Source: a virus. From it: DNA of 64,000 nt. How positions within the stretch are numbered: position 1 is the stretch's first letter; each line of letters opens with the position of its first letter. Positions 10,398-18,500 of this stretch are shown here, piece after piece. The DNA lies in IMG/VR virus record IMGVR_UViG_3300032360_000001, positions 1-64,000 of that record. One strand, written 5' to 3'. A program made the position numbers and the translations under genes. Under the pieces are notes generated by a model. That model did no database searches. It was not told the DNA's origin and was given only the letters and a program-made list of their open reading frames with translations.

Positions 10398-10404
10398 ATT
10401 ACAC
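10398..10404 (-). promoter_or_regulatory. GTGTAAT putative late-promoter motif
   Basis: Same motif recurs in several short intergenic gaps; here about 30 nt upstream of the ATG at 10369. Confidence 0.55.
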
Positions 10405-10410
10405 TGGAAA

Positions 10411-11364
10411 TTAGTTAGTAATTGTAACTAATTGTGGAGTATTGAGGTTTCCGGTCTCGGTCAGAAGGTTCTCTATGTATACCTTATATCTGGCTTGTAT
10501 TTTTAAGTTATTATTAACGTCTACTGAGTAATTTTCACCTACTAAAGTAGCTCCCGTGAAATTAAATTGCGTTATTACTTGATAGGTTTGGTAGTCTTTT
10601 ATTCTAACATCAAAATTCTTAAGTTTTGCTTTGCATGGATACCCCCTGAATGTGCTCCCCGAGTACCCCACGTCAGAGCCATTGACCTCAATTGTGAAAT
10701 CTGCTGTTGCCACCACGGGATAGTCTATTTCCACGGAAAATGGACTCCTTCTTCCTATTTTATAATAATCTTTCCTTGGTATATCTAGCCCCAATGTGAA
10801 ATTATTTACAATATTGGCGTCAAAATCATCCATTGTTATCTCAACGCTTGTCGGGGCACCAATTCTGTATCCCCCATCACCCGGATTATCTGCGAATCCT
10901 GTGGGCGCGGTTTGGGCAACGGTTGAACCAGTTATATACCTCAATTCTTGCACTGCTTGGGCTGGTAGCGACCCAGATGGAATTTTTCCCATATCCCCCA
11001 CTACCCTAAAGGTTCCGTTTACTTCAGGTAATGCGTCGACGGCGCATGATAGGGTGTATCTTGTCAAATACCCCGAATAAAAACTATAAAACCTAGTGGA
11101 ATCTTTCCTATCGTCGGTTATAAACCCATTGAACCCCCCGCTATGTATACATTTCACAAGGGGATCAGTATCCACAACCAGCGTATTGATTGAAAAATCC
11201 CCTATTTGTGGCCCTTGCGGAACTACGATGGAATTTGATTGGCCTATGAATTCAAGCGGCGATTCTGGTATTTGCCAATTATACGATAAGGACTGCGCTC
11301 CATGTACCTGCCCAGACCCTATAAAAACCTCCTGTTTCTCTCTATTGACTATCTTAAATGCCAT
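10411..11364 (-). CDS. Tail-tube-fold paralogue (minor tail protein, closest to the major tube protein)
   Basis: SGYLTRYTLSCAVDALPEV vs tube NGFITSYTTECSVGNFPTV; LDIPRKDYYKIGRRSPFSVEIDYP vs tube LDMAREPINRLGSRFAFSREITFP. Confidence 0.65.
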   Translation of the reverse strand: MAFKIVNREKQEVFIGSGQVHGAQSLSYNWQIPESPLEFIGQSNSIVVPQGPQIGDFSINTLVVDTDPLVKCIHSGGFNGFITDDRKDSTRFYSFYSGYLTRYTLSCAVDALPEVNGTFRVVGDMGKIPSGSLPAQAVQELRYITGSTVAQTAPTGFADNPGDGGYRIGAPTSVEITMDDFDANIVNNFTLGLDIPRKDYYKIGRRSPFSVEIDYPVVATADFTIEVNGSDVGYSGSTFRGYPCKAKLKNFDVRIKDYQTYQVITQFNFTGATLVGENYSVDVNNNLKIQARYKVYIENLLTETGNLNTPQLVTITN

Positions 11365-11430
11365 CGAATACTATTACACTGCATATATTTGGCTACTACG
11401 TGTAAATAAATCAGGAAAAAGGCGTGGCGT
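11365..11430. promoter_or_regulatory. Divergent promoter region with back-to-back GTGTAA motifs
   Basis: TTACAC at 11374-11379 (GTGTAA on the minus strand) and GTGTAA at 11400-11405 (plus strand), between divergently transcribed genes. Confidence 0.65.
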
Positions 11431-11976
11431 ATGGGTACTAACATTTATAATATAGAAGAGTTCAATGCTGGAACAGAATATAAGAAAAACGACATAGTCT
11501 GGTACGACCTTACGGTAAGTTCTAAAACACGCAAATACTATTGGTATGCCTCTGTTCCCGGGGTGCTTAGCGCACCGTCGCTTTCAAACCACCAGTGGGC
11601 GGGAGTAAAATTTGACAGCGTCAAAACCACAACCAACAAGCCGCATTTTTGGTGGAAGCCTTCCTATAATTTTACCATAGAAAATAAACCGAGAGTTATC
11701 CGTCATTCCTATGGAGACGGCTACGAACAAAGAGTTATCGATGGCATAGAAAGCGTTCTGTTAAGAGCCACGATTAACTTCGAGACTAGAGACGCGGCTG
11801 AAGCTAAAGCAATTACCCATTTTTTTCACATGAGAAAAGCTCAGGAATCTTTCCTGTGCATGCTCCCCGCACCGTATAATATTGATAAATTGTATGTCGC
11901 CAGAGATTGGGGCGTGACTTTCAATTTCTATGACAATTATACCATACGAGCAACCTTCGAAGAAGTAACAAACTAA
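11431..11976 (+). CDS. Lambda gpM-like minor/distal tail protein with N-terminal CBM-like extension
   Basis: Signature YGDGYEQRVIDGI and EAKAITHFF...ESF; first gene of the M-L-K-I-J block. Confidence 0.85.
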   Translation: MGTNIYNIEEFNAGTEYKKNDIVWYDLTVSSKTRKYYWYASVPGVLSAPSLSNHQWAGVKFDSVKTTTNKPHFWWKPSYNFTIENKPRVIRHSYGDGYEQRVIDGIESVLLRATINFETRDAAEAKAITHFFHMRKAQESFLCMLPAPYNIDKLYVARDWGVTFNFYDNYTIRATFEEVTN

Positions 11977-11985
11977 CACCATAAC

Positions 11986-13269
11986 ATGTCAAGTGATAAA
12001 AAATTAAGCGATTTCTCTAAGGTCAGAATAGATAAAACAAAACATTCTGCGAAAAAAATTATTAGCGAGATGGGTAGGGTTGCCCCGTCTTCTGTCGTGA
12101 CTCTATACGAAATAGATTTAGAAGATTTGCTGATAGACGAAAACATGCCCTATCTCGAAACTACTTTAGCCGGAGAAGCCGTTTTCAGATTCCACAACAA
12201 CCTAAAGCTTACTAAACAAAAATTATACTGGAAGGGCGAAGAGTACCATCCCTTACCTGTGTACGTGGAGGGGTTCGACAGCAATACGAGGGGCTCCGCA
12301 CCCACCCCTAGAATGAGTATGGTGGCGAATGAAAAAGATGACAACCAATCGATGTTCAGGTCCTTTAAGCTAATGGTAAGACAGCTAGATGATCTAATTG
12401 GCGCTAAGGTAACAAGAGTAAGGACCTTTGCTAAATACCTCGACGTGAAAAACTTTTACGATATTCAACAAGGAGGAGGAAGGGTTACCTTGGGCGACGA
12501 CACTTTAATACCCGAAGGGTTTACGCCAGACCCATTAGCGGAATTCCCTAGGGAAATATTTTTCATAAACAGAAAAAGCGTAGAGAACAAAAATGGATTA
12601 GAATTCGAGTTGGGTTCTTTTATTGATTTTGAAAGTCTAAAGCTCCCAACCAGACTGGTTATTTCAAGGTATTGTCAATTTCAGTATAGGGGAGAGGGTT
12701 GCATTTATGAATACCAGAGCAACGGAGACGTCATGACCGACGACCAACTTATCTCGGCCTTTGGCACGGATAGTACTAACGAACTTAAATTTCCTTGCAA
12801 AGCTCCCCCTATAGCAGACGAAAATGACGAGCTTTTCACAGACGAACTCGACGTAAACTACAACCCACAACAACAGGCAACAGCGTATGATCCTGCTAGC
12901 AGCTATACTATAGGGCAAAATATTTATTTAACTAAAAATGATATAAAATATTATTTTATAGCGAAAGGAACCGTGCCCGCCGCTGAAGGGGGAACTTTAT
13001 CGACAATTCCACCCAACAACAATTACTGGCTGGAAGACAAGTGTTCCAAAACAATAAAAGGGTGCAAATTAAGATGGTCAGACGAGTACAAAAAGCACAC
13101 AGATATACGTGTTTTCGGCGCAGCCACAGATACAATGATTGGCACCTCAACTACCTGCGGCGTCTACTCAATGAGTAACCCATGCGGTGGCTGCGGCACA
13201 AATACGCATGCCGGTTGCTTACCATTTGGGGGTTTTCCTGCCGTCGAAAAACTAGCTGGTGGAGCTTAA
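11986..13269 (+). CDS. Lambda gpL-like tail tip protein (Fe-S binding)
   Basis: DLIGAKVTRVRTFAKYLD, CQFQYRGEGC, DKCSKTIKGCKLRW and terminal LPFGGFP motifs. Confidence 0.9.
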   Translation: MSSDKKLSDFSKVRIDKTKHSAKKIISEMGRVAPSSVVTLYEIDLEDLLIDENMPYLETTLAGEAVFRFHNNLKLTKQKLYWKGEEYHPLPVYVEGFDSNTRGSAPTPRMSMVANEKDDNQSMFRSFKLMVRQLDDLIGAKVTRVRTFAKYLDVKNFYDIQQGGGRVTLGDDTLIPEGFTPDPLAEFPREIFFINRKSVENKNGLEFELGSFIDFESLKLPTRLVISRYCQFQYRGEGCIYEYQSNGDVMTDDQLISAFGTDSTNELKFPCKAPPIADENDELFTDELDVNYNPQQQATAYDPASSYTIGQNIYLTKNDIKYYFIAKGTVPAAEGGTLSTIPPNNNYWLEDKCSKTIKGCKLRWSDEYKKHTDIRVFGAATDTMIGTSTTCGVYSMSNPCGGCGTNTHAGCLPFGGFPAVEKLAGGA

Positions 13270-14006
13270 TGATGAAAGACTACATTAAAAAACATATAAG
13301 AGACCACGCTCTAGAAGAGTCACCCTACGAGTGCTGTGGAATTTTATACCAAGAGGAGGACTCCCTTCGGCTTAAAGCTTTAAGATGTAGAAATATAGCC
13401 GAAAACAAACGCATGATGTTTTCAATTGATCCAAGCGACTACTTGAAAGCCGCGAATTTTGGCGAAATAATTTCCTTTTATCACTCACACATAAACAGTA
13501 GTGAATTTTCTGATTACGACAAAATACAAAGCGAACACCACGAAATAAAATTCATAATGTATAGCCTTAAGAGTCAAAAGTTCAAAGAATACGAACCAAA
13601 GGGGTGTGAGTCTTTTTACATAGGTAGAGACTTTTGTTTGGGAAAAAATGATTGTTATACTTTAGGGCGTGATTACTACAAAGAAGAATTAAATATTGAT
13701 TTGCCAGAAAAAGAAAGGAACTTCGAGTATATCACATCAAACCCAAGTTGGTTTACCGATGGCTATTCCGAGGAAGGGTTTAAAACTGTCCTAGAGGGAG
13801 AAGTTACCGACGGATCTATACTAAAAAAACACGACGCAATCCTAATGAAATGCTATGGAAAGAGGAACCCCAGTCATGGCGCTATTTATGTTGGTAATGA
13901 TTTAATTTTACACCACCAAATAAATTGCTACTCCAGAATCGAAGAGTACAATAAAGAATTTAAAAAAAGAACCACACACGTACTTAGACACGAAAGTCAA
14001 TTTTGA
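13269..14006 (+). CDS. Lambda gpK-like tail assembly protein, copy 1 (JAB/MPN metalloprotease + NlpC/P60)
   Basis: JAB motif ECCG...YHSH...SDYD; NlpC/P60 motif DCYTLGRDYY...HGAIYVGNDLILHH. Start moved from the track's 13182 to the ATG overlapping the gpL stop (TAATG). Confidence 0.9.
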   Translation: MMKDYIKKHIRDHALEESPYECCGILYQEEDSLRLKALRCRNIAENKRMMFSIDPSDYLKAANFGEIISFYHSHINSSEFSDYDKIQSEHHEIKFIMYSLKSQKFKEYEPKGCESFYIGRDFCLGKNDCYTLGRDYYKEELNIDLPEKERNFEYITSNPSWFTDGYSEEGFKTVLEGEVTDGSILKKHDAILMKCYGKRNPSHGAIYVGNDLILHHQINCYSRIEEYNKEFKKRTTHVLRHESQF

Positions 14007-14857
14007 AAATAACAAAAAAAGTCAAAGAAAGCATCAAGAAACATTCCTTGGAAGAATCTCCAAACGAATGCTGTGGTATTGTTTTGAAAAATAATGGTCG
14101 TTTTATTACCAAAAAATGTAAAAATATATCAGAAAACCCCACCTATCATTGCGTCGTCTCCGAAGAAGATTTAAAAAATAAAATTGGGGATTCAGATCTT
14201 TTTGCTATTTACCATTCTCATTTTGATGAAAAAGAGCTATCTTGGGCTGATAAAAACGAAGGCGAAAGATTAAAAACAAACATTATTCTTTATTGCGTCA
14301 AGGATGATTGTTTCGATTCTCACGAGCCAGATGGTTTTGTCGCTCCTTTTGTGGGCAGAGAATGGACTTCGGGTATTACCACATGTATAGATTTGTTGGA
14401 GGACTACTATCGAAAACTCTTTAACATAGGACTTACTGGACACGAAAAATTTTTACTGCCCATAATTGAGGAAGCTCGTAGCGGATCATTATCACGGCTG
14501 GAGGGATCATGCGCCATGTCCTTGTTTTTTAAATCCGCAGAAGATAGCGAGGAAGGAAGACGCCTAAAAAAAATGATTGAAAAGTATAAGAAAATCCCTG
14601 CATATTTAAATTTTCTCAAACACAACGAATTTTATGAAGTTAAAGCTCTCGAAAAACATGACGTAATTTTAACTAAAACTTGGAACGAAAAATGGAACAA
14701 AAAATACAACATATACCATGGAATACACTCTATGGTCTATCTTGGCGACGGCAAGGTATTGCATCACCCATGGAAACAGACCTCAAGAATAGAAAAGCTC
14801 AATACTAATCATAAACTAGCTATAACAAACATTTTAAGACATGAAAAAGCCCGTTGA
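14003..14857 (+). CDS. Lambda gpK-like tail assembly protein, copy 2 (JAB + NlpC/P60)
   Basis: ECCG...YHSH...SWAD; TCIDLLEDYY...HSMVYLGDGKVLHH; TTG start overlapping the upstream stop. Confidence 0.88.
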   Translation: MKITKKVKESIKKHSLEESPNECCGIVLKNNGRFITKKCKNISENPTYHCVVSEEDLKNKIGDSDLFAIYHSHFDEKELSWADKNEGERLKTNIILYCVKDDCFDSHEPDGFVAPFVGREWTSGITTCIDLLEDYYRKLFNIGLTGHEKFLLPIIEEARSGSLSRLEGSCAMSLFFKSAEDSEEGRRLKKMIEKYKKIPAYLNFLKHNEFYEVKALEKHDVILTKTWNEKWNKKYNIYHGIHSMVYLGDGKVLHHPWKQTSRIEKLNTNHKLAITNILRHEKAR

Positions 14858-15533
14858 AATTAAACTCCACGGAAAACTGGGGAGAAAAACAGGAATGAAA
14901 ACTTGGAACTTGCACGTGCAAAGCGTCTCGGAAGCGCTACATGCAATTAATAAACTGTCAGACGGCAAGCTATTCAGACAACTCGGTAGAGAGCAGAAGA
15001 AAAATCAAAAATTTAAAATATTAATTAATGATGAGCCATGGAAATCAGACTCAGATGTTCGACTTGATCGCATATATGACGACGAAGCCGAATCACGAAA
15101 GCAACTAGAACTTATAAATAATTCCGAGCTTAAGATTAAAAACCCCAAGCTAAAAAAAATAGATATAGTTCCCGTGGTTGAGGGGGCGGATGAAGTTTTT
15201 ACTATAATTTTTGCTATTATAATTATTATCGTAGGCTTTATGGTTATAGCAGCAGGCCATGCTGAGATTGGAGCGCAGATAATAATGGCTGGAATTGGCC
15301 TTTTGGCCGCGGGTATAGCAGCATTACTTATGGAACCCCCCGAAATGGACGAACTGAAGAATTTCGAGGGGGCCACATCAGCTTCCTACCTATTTAATGG
15401 TCCAGTAAACATCGTAAAAGAAGGTGGTCCCGTACCCATTTGCTACGGCGAACTTTTATGCGGTAGTCAGACACTTGCCGCTTATTATGATATATACGAC
15501 GTAGAAGCAGCGTCAAGCTCAATAAGTAACTAA
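14841..15533 (+). CDS. Lambda gpI-like tail assembly protein (ubiquitin-like domain + hydrophobic segment)
   Basis: IKLHGKLG...SVSEALHAI, IDIVPVVEGA, a long hydrophobic stretch, then SYLFNGPVN...GGPVPICYGELLCGS. Confidence 0.9.
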   Translation: MKKPVEIKLHGKLGRKTGMKTWNLHVQSVSEALHAINKLSDGKLFRQLGREQKKNQKFKILINDEPWKSDSDVRLDRIYDDEAESRKQLELINNSELKIKNPKLKKIDIVPVVEGADEVFTIIFAIIIIIVGFMVIAAGHAEIGAQIIMAGIGLLAAGIAALLMEPPEMDELKNFEGATSASYLFNGPVNIVKEGGPVPICYGELLCGSQTLAAYYDIYDVEAASSSISN

Positions 15534-15537
15534 TCAA

Positions 15538-18500
15538 ATGAAAAGAAAGCCCAAAATCAAGAAGACGAGATACCCTATCACGCTTGGGCCTAATGGAGAA
15601 ATTCAATTCTTTAAGGGGGGCGGAGGAGGGTCTCAACCAAATCCCAGAGATGTTGTTCACGAGCCGGAAGGAGTAGACACTCCTGAATTCCCTCGTCCAT
15701 CTGATGACGATTCTCAGGGTAAACCCCCGGGTGCGGTATCTCTTTCTACAGTAGAAGTCCTAGACTGCTTAGGCGAAGGCCCCATTGATGGGCTCACTTC
15801 GGGTTATTATCACAAGTCTGGTTACGTAGGAGAAACCGGCTACAGGTTGGTAAAATTTAAACCATACGTGTCTGGTACCGCTGCTCAGATTCAATCCGGG
15901 TGGGCCAGATCCGTATATTATAATGGCATACAGGTCCTATCACAAGCTGGCTATAGGAATTTTCAAAATGTTGATGTGACCCATTCTAAAGGTGAGCCCG
16001 CGGGTGAAAATTTAATATTAGATTCTAATTCCGAGGACACCTTGCAGATTCAAAGGTCTTTAGGGGAAAGACTACGTGGTCCGGAGCTTAAATATAAAGA
16101 TTCAAATTACTCCGCCGACTCCATGATTCTTAAACCCGGGGAGGACAGTCTCGGCAGAAGCGAGGGCCTCCCAAAATACTACAACATAACAAATAAAAGA
16201 TGCACAGCTTTCGTAATGGTTGTACGGGTGTCAATGCTCTCAGAGACCCTAATGACCGGGTCCACAGAGAAAGGCACTAAGACTGGAAAGGGTGACGTAA
16301 AGCAAACCTCCGTCACTTACCGCATAGACCACAAGCCATATTATTCTGACGACACAAAAAACACGGACTTCTTTCCGAGGAATAGCGCAGGCGACGTAGT
16401 GCAACAACCTCTTACTAACGTCACATCAAAAACAATTCGCGGTAAGATTACAGATGGGTATGCGCAGTCAACAAAAATAACTCCCAACCCCACTTCCTTT
16501 GGATCCCAGTACGGGTATTCCGACGTAACGGAAGATCCTGATTTTATAGGCTGGCGTATTGCCGTATATAGGGAGACCTTTGATTCTTTTAGGGGATCTT
16601 TAAGGAATCAAACCTTCGTCGATTCTCTCACTGAAATATACGAAGAAAAATTCTGCTACCCAACCTCCGCGTTTATAAGACACAAATTCAGAGCGGATAC
16701 ATTCGGGCAAGTTCCAGCAAGAACCCACCAGATAAGAGGGCTTCGAGTAAAGGTTCCGAACAACTACAACCCCATTATGCGCACATATGGGGGAATCCTA
16801 GGCGGTACCGCCGCTGGGCTTCCACCGGTGAACGAGGGAGACCCCCTGCTTGACACAACAACCACGGTTTGGGATGGAGACTGGAAGCGTCACGCTGCAG
16901 GCACTGAAGCAGGCAAGCTGAAAAAAGAATGGACAGATAACCCTGCTTGGATTTACTACGACATCATAACAAATAAAAGATACGGTTTAGGAAAATACAT
17001 CGGAGAAGATCGAGTCGATAAATGGTCGATGTTTAAAATCGCACAATATTGTGACGAGCTTGTCCCCAATGGCTTCACAGCGCAAGATTATGATGACGAA
17101 CCCGGTAAAGACTTTGGTGAAGCTAGATTTACAGCAAATATTTACATCGCCAACCAAGAAGACGCTTTTTCCGTAATCAATAATATTGCTAGCGTATTTA
17201 GGGGGCTTACTTTTTATAGCGCCGGTAAGCTTCAAGCAACGCATGATGCGCCCAAGGAACCGACGTACCTATTTAACAATTCAAATGTCATGGATGGCGA
17301 CTTTTTGTACAGTAGTTCCGCTAAGAAAGCCAGACATTCAGTTTGTCTAGTGAGATACAACGACGAAGCAAACAAGTACAAACCCAGCATAGAATATGTT
17401 GAGGACGTCGATTCTATCAAAAAATACGGAATAAGAGTCAAAGATGTAACCGCCTTTGGTACGACCTCAAAAACTCAAGCGCAAAGATGGGGACAGTGGA
17501 CCCTAGCAACTGAAAGGCTCGAAACAGAGACCTGCAACTTTACAGCAGGAATAGAAGGAGCTTATCTTCAGGCAGGTGATATTATTGCTACGTCAGACGA
17601 AAATAGGGGGACATATCAAGACGTAGCTACAAGGAGAAGAGGAGGAAGAGTCCTTAATTTTCAGATTTCTTCTGGTCGTAACATGGACGGTCAACCGAAC
17701 TGGACAGGGAGAGCAGTTCTTGATAGCTCGATATCTGGCTGGATCGATGGTGGTTCTTATTATTCAATACCCGAGGTTGGCCAAAAGGGTGAATTACATT
17801 TTAGCATCGTAACCCCCCCAGCGTATGGTGATCCTTTAACAAGCGATCTTAGTACAAGCGACTTGGCGAATCTTTATAGCAGAAAATCCGCCGTTCAGAA
17901 GCTTAGTTTCAGAAAAGCAGATGCTGGCGTTGGAACATCAGCCAACTTCGTGGGAGAAAGTGGCTGGGCCACCAATGACTTAATGGCCGATGGATCATTA
18001 TCAATTTCTGACTACGATAGAACATCCATTGAAAACCACACTATAATACATTTCACGGGGCTATATCATAACGGAACAAACGTACTCAACGACAAAGACT
18101 ACAACATAACAGGGTTCACGGGGTTACTTTACGACAACAACGGGAACGAACAATTAGCTCCTGACGGTTCCAACTATTCTGGGTTCGTAGAGAACCCGCC
18201 GGACAATTTTCTCTGGGCGGTGGAATACACAGGCGCTTTACTTCAGGGGCACGGCGGTAAACCAGATCGAGAGCTCTGGAAAATCATCGGGGTAGAAGAA
18301 AAAAATAATTTCAAATACGCAGTCCAATGCATTTCGCATGACCAGTCTAAGTTCGATTTTGTTGACAGACAATATGAGCCCCTCGTGGGGGAATCCATAG
18401 GCACCCCAAATGCCCCTACGTTCTCGTCTAATCCATTTACCATTACTCAGCTAGGTAGCCTAACAGCAAAAAAGGTTACGGTTAGATGGAACAAGCCAAG

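Noticed and set aside
13182-13268. Track's longer start for gpK copy 1
   Set aside because: Overlaps the conserved gpL C-terminus; the ATG at 13269 coupled to the gpL stop fits better.
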